From: an uncultured Candidatus Binatia bacterium
GTDB taxonomy: Bacteria > Desulfobacterota > Binatia > UBA9968 > JAJDTQ01
NCBI GenBank assembly: GCA_965242525.1
Contig: OZ251459.1
Coordinates: 3,456,001-3,520,000, forward strand
Direction of reading: 5' to 3'
DNA length: 64,000 nt
Shown here: piece by piece, positions 48,701-57,572 of the stretch
Position numbering within the stretch: position 1 is the stretch's first letter
Layout of the letters: each line of letters begins with the position of its first letter
Program-made: the position numbers and the translations under genes
Notes under the pieces: generated by a model
Told to the model about the DNA's origin: nothing
Database searches by the model: none
What the model saw: the letters and a program-made list of their open reading frames with translations, nothing else

Positions 48701-49366
48701 TCAGTCTCTTGTCCTGTTTCCCTTTGCCTCGCCGGTCGTTGGCGCTTTTCGCCCGGGCGGTTTGCGCTTCTGCTTCGGCCGTGTTTCCGGCGGGTTCGTC
48801 TGCCGGCCGCATTCCCGATGGCGGAAGCAGTCCACGATGTGGTCGTTCACCATGCCGGTGGCCTGCATGTGGGCATAGACGATGGTGGAGCCGACGAAGC
48901 TGAAGCCGCGTTGCTTCATGTCCCGGCTGACGGCGTCGGAAAGGGTGGTGGAGGCCGGCACGTCCTTCATGGACTTCCAGCGGTTGCGGATGGGCTTGCC
49001 GTCGATGAAGCGCCACATGTAGCGGGCAAAGCTGCCCCACGCTTCCTGCACCGCCAGAAAGGCGCGGGCGTTCCGCCTGGCGCTGTGCACCTTGAGGCGG
49101 TTGCGGATGATGCGCGGGTCCTGCAACAGCCGCTGGAGCTTGCGGTCGCCGTAGCGGGCCACCTTGCCCACGTCGAACCCGTCGAAGGCCGCCCGATACC
49201 CCTCGCGCTTGCGCAGGACCGTGATCCAGGCCAAGCCCGCCTGCGCCCCCTCCAGCACCAGGAACTCGAACAGGGTCCGGTCGTCGTGAACCGGCACGCC
49301 CCATTCCTCGTCGTGGTACCTCACGTAAAGCTCATCGGTTCCGCACCAACTGCAACGTGTGGCCAT
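48701..49366 (-). CDS. tag: DNA-3-methyladenine glycosylase I
   Basis: RCSW, YHDEEWG, EGAQAGL, IIRNRLK, GMVNDH..C. Confidence 0.96.
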   Translation of the reverse strand: MATRCSWCGTDELYVRYHDEEWGVPVHDDRTLFEFLVLEGAQAGLAWITVLRKREGYRAAFDGFDVGKVARYGDRKLQRLLQDPRIIRNRLKVHSARRNARAFLAVQEAWGSFARYMWRFIDGKPIRNRWKSMKDVPASTTLSDAVSRDMKQRGFSFVGSTIVYAHMQATGMVNDHIVDCFRHRECGRQTNPPETRPKQKRKPPGRKAPTTGEAKGNRTRD

Positions 49367-49515
49367 GGCGTGTGTCCGGGGGAAGGCGAGGCTCTGCCCC
49401 CAGTCCCGATTGTCCAGGGTTTCCTATATCTTCTGGCTTGCATTGCCAAGGGAATCCATTGAAGATGCGAGTCGCAGGGTTTCATCACCATGCTTGGTCC
49501 CCGCAAGGAGGTCCC

Positions 49516-50070
49516 ATGAAACGCTTTCGACTGGTTCTGCTGGCCGTGGTCGCCGGTGCCGCCGCCGCGCTGCTGTCTGGCCCGGCTCATGCGGGTGCGG
49601 TGGTGGAAGTGGTGCTGGTGGATCGCCTGGACGATCCCCGGGGTTACTGTCTGGACATCCTGGGCTACAAGCGGCGGGCCAAGGTCGAACGGGGGCTGCA
49701 GGGCCACAGTTGCTACAGCTACCAGGGGGAGGTGGGCGTGGACCAGGGGTTCGACCGCGAGGCCGTCGAGGCGGGCCGGTTCCGTATGCCGGGCTTCGAC
49801 GTCTGCATGGCCGCGGACGCAGTGCAGCCGGGCGCACGGCTGGGTCTGGCGAAGTGCGGCGATTCGCCGGAGCAGAGCTTCTCGCTGACGGCGCAGGGTG
49901 AGATCGTTCCCGGAGGCGCGCCAAGCCTCTGCGTGACGGTCGCAGGCGGTGAAGGCGCGCCCGGAGGGGGCGGCAGGCCCGTGCACCTCAAGCGTCGCCT
50001 GACCCTGGAGCCTTGCGACGAAGGCCGCTCCCGGCACCAGCGGTGGCGGCTTCGCAGCGAAGCCGATTAG
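49516..50070 (+). CDS. Secreted ricin-B lectin-like (beta-trefoil) protein
   Basis: Signal peptide; GYCLDI, paired cysteines, QSF / QRW repeats. Confidence 0.7.
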   Translation: MKRFRLVLLAVVAGAAAALLSGPAHAGAVVEVVLVDRLDDPRGYCLDILGYKRRAKVERGLQGHSCYSYQGEVGVDQGFDREAVEAGRFRMPGFDVCMAADAVQPGARLGLAKCGDSPEQSFSLTAQGEIVPGGAPSLCVTVAGGEGAPGGGGRPVHLKRRLTLEPCDEGRSRHQRWRLRSEAD

Positions 50071-50108
50071 CCGCGGCCCGGAAGCCGCGGGGGGACGGGG
50101 TCCGGCGG

Positions 50109-51185
50109 CTACGCCAGACTGAACAGTGCCGCGGGATTCCGTTGGGTGATCTTCTCGTACTGGGGCGCGGTGATGCTCCCCTGTTCCTTCAGGTTGCGAA
50201 GCGCCTCGATCTCGGTGGACTGGTCGTTGTGGCCGTAGTCCGTGCCGATGACGATGTTGTCCTCGCCGGAATACCGGAAGACGTAGTCCACGTCGTCGTC
50301 CGTCTGGCATGATACGTACTGCCGGTATTCCTTGAGCGGGTTGTCCGGCAACTCTTTGCCCTTGGCGCCCCAACGGCGCTGCAGGTCCTTGACCACGTAG
50401 GGTATCCACAGCGCCGCGGCCTCGGCCCAGTGGAACCGGAGTTTCGGGAAGCGTTCCGGCAGCCCTCCCATGATGACCGAGTGGAACGCGCCGATGACGG
50501 GGATGCGGAACTTCCAGAAGCTGCCGCCGCCGTTGTACTGGGACACGAGGTCGAGTTCCCGGGGGTTGCCGTTGCCCACGTGGACGCCCACCGCCATGTC
50601 GAGTCGGCACATCTCCTCGTACAGGGGGTAGAAATAGGGGTCGGTCAGGAGCCGACGTCCCTCGATGCCGCGCATGAAGACCCCGCAGGCGCCCTGCTCC
50701 TTGCAGAACCGCAACTCTTCGAGGGCCGCGCCCATGTCCAGCAGCGGCAGCACGCAGATCCACCGCAGCCGGCCCTTGCCCTGCCGGTGCAGGTCGGCCA
50801 GCCAGCGGTTGTAGCCCCTGGTGATGGCGACCTCCCAATCGGGCTTTTCGGTGATCTGCTCGATGAAGATGGTCGGATAGAGGACCTGGACGTCCACGCC
50901 GAGCTCGTCCATGTGCTCGAGCCGCGCCTCCACGTTCTCCATCTCGCGGGTCTCGCGGGGCGTGAACATGACGCGGCCGGTGCGGTCGGCGACTTCGTCC
51001 AGCTCCCGGGCCGTCATGACGATGCGCACCAAGCCGCGGATCTTCCCGTCGATGAACCAGTATTCGCCTCCCTGTTCACCGCTGGGCTTGACGATGACCG
51101 GACGGTATTTCCGGTCCGCCGCATCCATGTAGTCCCAGGTGTGTTCCGACTCCACCACGTGGGCGTCGGCGTCGATGGTCGGCAT
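50109..51185 (-). CDS. Amidohydrolase_2 family protein
   Basis: IDADAHV, YNRWL, GVHVG, GTDYGH. Confidence 0.9.
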   Translation of the reverse strand: MPTIDADAHVVESEHTWDYMDAADRKYRPVIVKPSGEQGGEYWFIDGKIRGLVRIVMTARELDEVADRTGRVMFTPRETREMENVEARLEHMDELGVDVQVLYPTIFIEQITEKPDWEVAITRGYNRWLADLHRQGKGRLRWICVLPLLDMGAALEELRFCKEQGACGVFMRGIEGRRLLTDPYFYPLYEEMCRLDMAVGVHVGNGNPRELDLVSQYNGGGSFWKFRIPVIGAFHSVIMGGLPERFPKLRFHWAEAAALWIPYVVKDLQRRWGAKGKELPDNPLKEYRQYVSCQTDDDVDYVFRYSGEDNIVIGTDYGHNDQSTEIEALRNLKEQGSITAPQYEKITQRNPAALFSLA

Positions 51186-51190
51186 GGTCC

Positions 51191-51673
51191 CTACCTCGCT
51201 TCCTTGCGCTTGCCGCCCAGCCAAGCCTGCACTTCCAGTTCGGCGACGGCTCCGGGTATCAGATCGCTCACCCCCACGTCGCTCCAGACGGGATAGGGCT
51301 CCTTCACGTAGCGCTTCTTGACCTCGTTGAAGAGCGGGAAGGTCTTCCTGAAGTCGAGGCGGTAGCTTCTCAGCAGCACCACGTTGTCGAAGCCGATGCC
51401 GGCTTTCTCCAGGGTCGCCTGGATCTGTTCGAAGATGCTGACGAAGTTGGCTTTCAGGGCCGCGTCGTCGGCGTCCCGGGCGACCGGCGCGCCGGTGACG
51501 CCCGAAAGGTAGAGCATGTCGCCCACTCGCACCGCCGGCGCGAAGCCCACCGCGTCATAGACCTTCCGGTTCTCGGGAACGAAGACCTCGGGCGCAACCT
51601 TCTCCTCGGCGGCGAGGGCGGAAAGCGGCGCCAGCGACGCCGCCACGAAAACCAGCGCGGCAAAGTATTTCAC
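51191..51673 (-). CDS. RidA/YjgF family protein with signal peptide
   Basis: FAPAVRVGDMLYLSG, LEKAG, ELEV; N-terminal hydrophobic leader ending ALA. Confidence 0.8.
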   Translation of the reverse strand: MKYFAALVFVAASLAPLSALAAEEKVAPEVFVPENRKVYDAVGFAPAVRVGDMLYLSGVTGAPVARDADDAALKANFVSIFEQIQATLEKAGIGFDNVVLLRSYRLDFRKTFPLFNEVKKRYVKEPYPVWSDVGVSDLIPGAVAELEVQAWLGGKRKEAR

Positions 51674-51817
51674 GTGCTCCTCCCGTCCGTGGAGAAAATG
51701 GGAGACCGTCCGAATCCTGGCAGTTCCGGCCGAAAAGAGGCTGGCCATCCGGGAGACCTCGCGGGGCTGTCGAAGGCGTCCGGGGTTCCAGCATCCGAGG
51801 GCATCCGTGGGCGCGTC

Positions 51818-51839
51818 AAGAAACCCGCCGAAGGGGGTT
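51818..51839 (-). terminator. Intrinsic terminator after the lipoprotein gene
   Basis: Minus strand AACCCCC-TTCG-GCGGGTT followed by TCTT. Confidence 0.5.
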
Positions 51840-51914
51840 ATAGGTCAGGTAGGGGAGAAAGGGAAACGCCGCCCACGGGCAACCTGGGCGTCTCTGGGCG
51901 GCGTCTCGTGGGTG

Positions 51915-52928
51915 TCATCGGCAGTAATAGCTCTTCCGACCTTCAAATGAGCAGTGGGAAAGCTCCGGCGCCGGTGTCCGGGAAGAGTCCGAGTATGACA
52001 CCCCCCATGCTCCCGACCCCAACGTTCCACGCTCCACCAATCCACTCTCCAGCGCTCTACTCGGGGAATCCCGTCCGGCGCGCGTCCAGAAGTATCCACC
52101 GGCCGTGGAACCGCTAGTAAGGCCGACCACGGCAGGCACGGTTCCAAGGGTGTCGAACTTATAACCATATTCATCGCCTTCGACTCTCATGGTGTCGAGA
52201 CTCCACATCTCATGCTCCTCGCGCTCTATGTTGCTGGAATACAGCCTCATGCCTTCCCACGTGCGGTTGAACTCGCCCGGGATATTGATCGTTACGTCAA
52301 TATCACCGCCATCGTAGTACATAGAGGCCGTTCCCGTGTACAGAAGGTCCGTTCCCTCGTAATTTAGGAATGCTTTGCCTTCATAAGTGCCTATGAACGA
52401 CAGGGGCTCAGTAAGAAACTCATAAGCAAAAGGTGACCTGGTGCGCCGAAGAAGCGGGCTGTCCGGGTCCAACCAAACCAGCGAGCTGCCGGGACCTTCC
52501 CACAAGTCCAGACCCCCCTCCGAGGGAAGCGACAGGGTTCCCTCCGGGGTTGGGAGGTCCCCTATGACCGGAACAGGTGTTGACGTTCCCGGTGCTGGCG
52601 TTCCCGGCGGGTCAGTAACGGTTCCCGTTGGGCCGGTAACGGAGATAGTAACCCTGCCGCCCGTAACGGTAGCAACCCCGCTGTCAGAGACCTCGATAGT
52701 GCAGTCTGCCCCTGTGCACGTAGCGACGACCCGAACTCCCCCACTGTTGTAAATCGTCCGGCTCCGGCCAACAGGGATCGTACCCGATTCCAGACTATGA
52801 CCCTCCGGGAGTCCCGCCAGGACAGTCTGTGTTGGCGTTGGCGTCATGGAAGCGGTCTTGCCACCGCCTCCGCACCCGGCCAGCATCAACGCGCCTGCTA
52901 CTGCCAACGCCAGGATCGTTCCCTTCAT
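51915..52928 (-). CDS. Low-GC lipoprotein with Pro/Thr linker and beta-rich C-terminal domain
   Basis: Lipobox LAGC + GGGG; GGAGG RBS; atypical codon usage. Confidence 0.75.
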   Translation of the reverse strand: MKGTILALAVAGALMLAGCGGGGKTASMTPTPTQTVLAGLPEGHSLESGTIPVGRSRTIYNSGGVRVVATCTGADCTIEVSDSGVATVTGGRVTISVTGPTGTVTDPPGTPAPGTSTPVPVIGDLPTPEGTLSLPSEGGLDLWEGPGSSLVWLDPDSPLLRRTRSPFAYEFLTEPLSFIGTYEGKAFLNYEGTDLLYTGTASMYYDGGDIDVTINIPGEFNRTWEGMRLYSSNIEREEHEMWSLDTMRVEGDEYGYKFDTLGTVPAVVGLTSGSTAGGYFWTRAGRDSPSRALESGLVERGTLGSGAWGVSYSDSSRTPAPELSHCSFEGRKSYYCR

Positions 52929-53043
52929 TGGACCTCCCCCCTTTCATGGCGGCGGCGTGCAGCAAAGGAGATAACGGGGATACTGCATGCCCCGGTAATG
53001 GAGGACCGCACGCCGCCCGCTACAACGTCGAGGCTCCAACCCG

Positions 53044-53072
53044 ACACTACGACCTTCCGCCCGTCCTGTCAA
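53044..53072 (-). promoter_or_regulatory. sigma70-type promoter of the lipoprotein gene
   Basis: TTGACA-N17-TAGTGT. Confidence 0.55.
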
Positions 53073-53327
53073 TCCCTCTCCCCAAATCCACCACCCAATG
53101 TCCCCGACCCCCCTTTTCTCTTCCCGGTACTGGATTCCCAACGGTCCTTGCCTCATAATACTTGCACCTCGTTGGTGATGGCTCTTCTCTTTTTCAACTC
53201 CATCCTGACCCGCTCCACCGCGGGCGCCACCGAGGTGCTCCCCTTTGGTGGTGGGTCCGGGGCTCCGGCGCAGCGTAAGCCCGCGCATGGCCGGCGCGCC
53301 CGCAGCGGCGTGGGTCGAAGGAGTGGG

Positions 53328-53876
53328 ATGAAGCGCATCTGTGTCTTTTCGGGGTCCAGCACGGGCGCTCTCGACGACTATTCGCAGACCGCGGCGTCGC
53401 TGGGCCGCGAGCTCGCCCGGCGGGGCATCGGGGTGGTTTACGGCGGCGCCTCCGTGGGGCTGATGGGGTGCGTGGCCGACGCGGCCCTGGACGCGGGCGG
53501 CGAAGTCATCGGCGTCATCCCCGAGGCCATGGCGGTGGACCGCCTGATGCATTCGGGGCTGACCGAGCTTCGGGTGGTGGCCTCCATGCACCAGCGCAAG
53601 GCCATGATGGAGCGGCTGTCGGACGGTTTCATCGCCCTGCCGGGGGGCTACGGCACGCTGGAGGAGCTGGCGGAGATGATCACGTGGCTGCAACTCGGCA
53701 TCCACTCCAAACCCTGCGGCGTGCTCAACGTCAGGGACTACTATGGCCACCTGGTCCGCTTCCTCGACCACGCGGTGGAGCACGGGTTCCTCAAGCGGAA
53801 GCACCGCGACAAGCTCCTCGTGGCCGACAGCGCGGACGCCATGGTGGACGCGCTCCACCGCTTCCCGCGGTCTTGA
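53328..53876 (+). CDS. LOG family nucleotide phosphoribohydrolase (TIGR00730-type)
   Basis: ICVFSGS, YGGASVGLMG, MHQRK, PGGYGTLEE. Confidence 0.93.
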   Translation: MKRICVFSGSSTGALDDYSQTAASLGRELARRGIGVVYGGASVGLMGCVADAALDAGGEVIGVIPEAMAVDRLMHSGLTELRVVASMHQRKAMMERLSDGFIALPGGYGTLEELAEMITWLQLGIHSKPCGVLNVRDYYGHLVRFLDHAVEHGFLKRKHRDKLLVADSADAMVDALHRFPRS

Positions 53877-53895
53877 CGCGCCTGCGGCCGAGGGC

Positions 53896-55395
53896 TCACC
53901 GACGGGTCCGGGCGAACCCCCTGCGCGCCGCCGCGGCCAAGGCCGCCAGCGTCATCACCCAGGCGAACCAGTCGCCGTAGCGCACGTACAGGGTCCCGGT
54001 CTCCATCAGGGGCACGGCGGCGGTCAGCACTCCCTCCGAGAAGAGCGGCAGCGGCTCGGACATGCGGCCGGCGGGGTCGATGACCGTAGTGACGCCGGTG
54101 TTGGTGGAACGGACCAGGGCCCGGCGGGTCTCGATGGCGCGCCACCGCGCCAGCCGCGCGTGCTGCCACGGCGCCGCGCTGCGGCCGTACCAGGCGTCGT
54201 TGGTCAGGTTCACGAGCAGGTTCGCCCGCTCGTTCCCGACGAAGCGGCGCGACAACGCCGGCATCAGGTCCTCGTAGCAGATGAGGGGCGCCACGCGCGC
54301 GCCTCCCGGCAGCGCGAAGGCGCTCTCGATGGCCCCCGGGGTGAAGCCCTCGCCGATGGGCGGCATGCCCGGCAGGTCGCCGAGGAGCCACGCCAGGGGG
54401 ATGTACTCGCCGAAGGCCAGAAGCACCCGCTTGTGGTAGCGGCCCAGCACGCCCCCGTCGGGGTCCACCGCGAAGGCGCTGTTGTAGGTGCGGGTGCGGC
54501 CCCCCGGCTCCCGCCGGTAGCTGACGGCGCCCACGATCATGTGGGGATGGCGCGCCGGCAGGATCCCCTGCGGGATCTTCCCGGCGTTCTCCGGCACCCA
54601 CTGCTCCACCGCGGACTCGGGCCAGATGACCAGGTCTGCGTTGCGGTTCCTCTCCGAGAGGTCCCGGTAGGTCTGGAGGTTGGTCTCGAGGAACGCGGCC
54701 TTGCCCTTCCGCTTGATGTCGATGTTCCCCTGCACCACCGCCACGTGGAGCTTCTCAGCGGCGCTTGCGGCCGCGGTGACCTGCTGGAGCCGCACTTGGC
54801 CGTACGCCAGGGCCGCCGCCAGGAGCGCGCAGGACGCGGCCCCGGCGCGGACCGCGGACCGGAGGTCGCCGTCCCCCCGCCAAGCGCGAAGGAACCGGTA
54901 GAGGGCGGCGCCGCACCACAGCAACACGAACGTGGTCCCGTAGTGGCCCACGAGGTCCGCGGACTGGTTGAGCGAGGTGAACAGGGTCTGGCTGGTGGCG
55001 AGATACCAGGGGAAGAGGTTGGGGAACCAGAACTCCAGCGCCACCCAGAACACCGGCGGGAACAGCCCCAGGGGACCCAGCCCGCACAGGCGCACCAGGC
55101 CCGCCAACGCAACGAAAGGCAGGGCCGAGTAAACGGTGAAGAGGACGAACGCCGCGGCCGCCAGTGCATAGTTCACTCCGCCGAACACGTGGATGGTATA
55201 GACCAGCCAGTGGAACCCCAGGGCGATGGTGCCCAGCCCGGTGAGGGCGCCTGCCCGGAGCGCCTGCCGCCAGTCCCGGGCGCCCTCCACCGCGGCCAGG
55301 AAGGGCGCCGGCGCGAGCCAAGCCAGCGGGAAGAGGACCGGCCACAGGAACGGGAGGGCGATGAACGCTGCGGCGAGGAGGGGCCACGGAGACAT
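53896..55395 (-). CDS. lnt: Apolipoprotein N-acyltransferase
   Basis: VQGNI, WPE, YHK..FGEY, ICYE, TNDAW, RAIE, NTG. Confidence 0.95.
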   Translation of the reverse strand: MSPWPLLAAAFIALPFLWPVLFPLAWLAPAPFLAAVEGARDWRQALRAGALTGLGTIALGFHWLVYTIHVFGGVNYALAAAAFVLFTVYSALPFVALAGLVRLCGLGPLGLFPPVFWVALEFWFPNLFPWYLATSQTLFTSLNQSADLVGHYGTTFVLLWCGAALYRFLRAWRGDGDLRSAVRAGAASCALLAAALAYGQVRLQQVTAAASAAEKLHVAVVQGNIDIKRKGKAAFLETNLQTYRDLSERNRNADLVIWPESAVEQWVPENAGKIPQGILPARHPHMIVGAVSYRREPGGRTRTYNSAFAVDPDGGVLGRYHKRVLLAFGEYIPLAWLLGDLPGMPPIGEGFTPGAIESAFALPGGARVAPLICYEDLMPALSRRFVGNERANLLVNLTNDAWYGRSAAPWQHARLARWRAIETRRALVRSTNTGVTTVIDPAGRMSEPLPLFSEGVLTAAVPLMETGTLYVRYGDWFAWVMTLAALAAAARRGFARTRR

Positions 55396-55404
55396 GAACC
55401 CGGC

Positions 55405-55433
55405 AGTTTACGCACCTCGGGAGCGGGCGTCAA
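55405..55433 (-). promoter_or_regulatory. sigma70-type promoter of lnt
   Basis: TTGACG-N17-TAAACT, 9 nt before the ATG. Confidence 0.6.
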
Positions 55434-55495
55434 CGCGGACCGCAAACGGACCGTCGAATCCCGTTGACAGGGTAATTCCCCAACGACTAATGTAG

Positions 55496-55600
55496 GGAAC
55501 CTCTGAACGATTGCCCCCGTTCGTCCCGAGCGAAGCGAAGTCGAAGGACGCGCTTTTCCATGGGGAGAGGCGCCTCGATCCGGAATTGTTCGGAGGTTGC
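55496..55600 (+). mobile_element. MITE with REP-A
   Basis: GGAACCTCTGAACGATT / AATTGTTCGGAGGTTGC; flanks GTAG / GAAG. Confidence 0.85.
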
Positions 55601-55633
55601 GAAGGCGCGGTCGAACGGAAAGGGGGAACGGAA

Positions 55634-56665
55634 ATGGGCCAAGCATACGTGGACGCCGACGGGCACATCATGGAGCCCGAGAGCGAGATCAACGAGTTCG
55701 TGGACGACGCGTTCCTGGGCCGGGGCCGGCTGAGCTTCCGCCAGATGCTGCCGAGCCTGGACAAGTTCCATACGCCGAGGACCCGCTCCGTGGAGCAGCA
55801 GGGGACCTTCGACGCGAGCGTGGGACCCGAGCGGTGGCTCGAATTCCTGGAGAAGACCGGGATCGAGAGCTCCGTGCTCTATCCCACGGCCGGCCTCTCC
55901 TACGGCCAAGTGCACTTCCCCGAGTGGGCGGCGGCGTACGCGCGCGCCTACAACGATTGGCTGGCGGACAAGTACATGAAGTTCAGCGACCGGCTCAAGG
56001 GGGTCGCGCTGATCCCGCTCCAGGACGTGCCGGCGTCGGTGGAAGAGCTCCGCCGGGCGGTCAAGGACCTGGGCATGGTGGCCGCCATGCTTCCGTCCAA
56101 CGGCCTGGACCGGCACTTCGGCTCCGAGCAGTTCTGGCCGCTCTACGAAGAGGCCGAGAAGCTCGACTGCGCCCTTGCGGTCCACGGCGGCTGCTACGGC
56201 GACCTGGGCTTCAACTCGTTCAAGGTCTTTCCGGCCACGCGCGCGCTGGGCATGCCGTTCCCCCTGGCCATCCACATGACCGGGATGATGTCGGAAGGCG
56301 TGTTCGACCGCTTCCCGGAACTGCGGGTGGGCTTTCTCGAGGGCGGCACCTCGTGGATTCCGCTGGTGCTGGACCGGTTGAACCGCGAGGTGGAGTACGG
56401 CGGCCTGCGTCTCGACCGCGCGCCCATCGACTACTTCCGCAGCGGGCGGGTGTTCATCGGATGCGAGGGCAACGAGGACGTCCTGACCTACTGCGTCAAC
56501 CGGATCGGGCACGAGGTCTTCATGTTCTGCTCCGACTTCCCGCACGAGATCACCATGGACAACTGCATGGAGGAGATCGACGAGATCCGCGACCGGGAAG
56601 AGCTCACGGACGCGCAGAAGCAGGCGATCCTCGGGGACAACGCGCGGAACTTCTACAAGATCTGA
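55634..56665 (+). CDS. Amidohydrolase_2 family protein
   Basis: VDADGHI, RAYNDWL, VHGG, LEGG, SDFPH. Confidence 0.9.
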   Translation: MGQAYVDADGHIMEPESEINEFVDDAFLGRGRLSFRQMLPSLDKFHTPRTRSVEQQGTFDASVGPERWLEFLEKTGIESSVLYPTAGLSYGQVHFPEWAAAYARAYNDWLADKYMKFSDRLKGVALIPLQDVPASVEELRRAVKDLGMVAAMLPSNGLDRHFGSEQFWPLYEEAEKLDCALAVHGGCYGDLGFNSFKVFPATRALGMPFPLAIHMTGMMSEGVFDRFPELRVGFLEGGTSWIPLVLDRLNREVEYGGLRLDRAPIDYFRSGRVFIGCEGNEDVLTYCVNRIGHEVFMFCSDFPHEITMDNCMEEIDEIRDREELTDAQKQAILGDNARNFYKI

Positions 56666-56776
56666 TCCCACAGAAGGCCCGGCGAGGGGCGGGGGCCGCG
56701 GGACCTCCACCCCGCAGATGTCCCCGCCGGACCCGCGGCCCCCGCGCCCCGTCCCGGCGCGTCATGCCACCGCCGC

Positions 56777-56805
56777 TTGACGTCCCCGGACCGAAGGGTT
56801 ACCAT
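56777..56805 (+). promoter_or_regulatory. sigma70-type promoter of the RRM gene
   Basis: TTGACG-N17-TACCAT. Confidence 0.6.
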
Positions 56806-56970
56806 AGGGATGTCCCAATGGGGCAGACCCCATCGTAAGTCTCACCTTGCGAAGCCTACTCGAAGGAACGACCGACCGAGACCGTGGTTCAGAACGAGAT
56901 CTTGCCATGTCCGACTCCTTTTGAAGTTCGCGCCCAGGGTGTATGGCCATAACCTCCAGGAGGAGAACAC

Positions 56971-57249
56971 ATGGAAGGCAGGAAACTCTACGTCGGCGGG
57001 TTGCCGTACTCGACCACGGACATGCAGCTCACCCAGATCTTTTCGGAACACGGCAACGTCGAGTCCGCCCAGGTGATCATCGACAAGTTCACGGGCCGCT
57101 CCCGGGGCTTCGGCTTCGTGGAAATGGGATCTTCGGACGAGGCGGAGGCCGCGGTCAGCGCCCTCAACGAGACCCAGCTCGAAGGACGCACCATTACCGT
57201 CAACGAGGCCCGACCCCAGCGCCGGGACTTCGGCGGCGGCCGCCGCTAG
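56971..57249 (+). CDS. RRM RNA-binding protein
   Basis: RNP2 LYVGGL, RNP1 RGFGFVEM, VNEARP; AGGAGG RBS. Confidence 0.95.
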   Translation: MEGRKLYVGGLPYSTTDMQLTQIFSEHGNVESAQVIIDKFTGRSRGFGFVEMGSSDEAEAAVSALNETQLEGRTITVNEARPQRRDFGGGRR

Positions 57250-57444
57250 CGGGCGCGGGACGCGCGTCCCGCCACAGCCAGTTCGGTCCATCTCGTCACG
57301 ACGGGGCGCAGGGTCGGTCGCCCCTCGCATGACCGCAAGCCGCGGGGCGTCCGCGTCCCGCGGCCCGGTTCCACCCTTCCGCGGCGTGGACGGCTCCACG
57401 CGCGCCGTCCCATCTTGACATCGGTTTCCGGTCAACCTTATATG

Positions 57445-57546
57445 GGAACCTCTGGACGATCGAGACATGCTAGGAGGGATGCCCCCATCCCGGCATTCCT
57501 GTCCCCGTTCGTCCCGAGCGCAGCGAAGCGGAGTCGAAGGACGCTC
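57445..57546 (+). mobile_element. Truncated MITE with REP-A
   Basis: GGAACCTCTGGACGATCGAGACAT left end plus REP-A; right end missing. Confidence 0.8.
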
Positions 57547-57572
57547 CGGGCCGGAGCGAAAGGAGATGCGAG

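Noticed and set aside
49398-49424. Isolated MITE right end before tag
   Set aside because: Only one degenerate TIR remains; not listed as a separate element
53328-53876. Lysine decarboxylase or cytokinin-production claim
   Set aside because: LOG proteins are widespread nucleotide phosphoribohydrolases; nothing in the context supports more
57255-57272. Palindrome GCGGGACGCGCGTCCCGC (and GC hairpin ~56686-56750) as intrinsic terminators
   Set aside because: No U-tract; could be stabilising hairpins, not supportable as terminators
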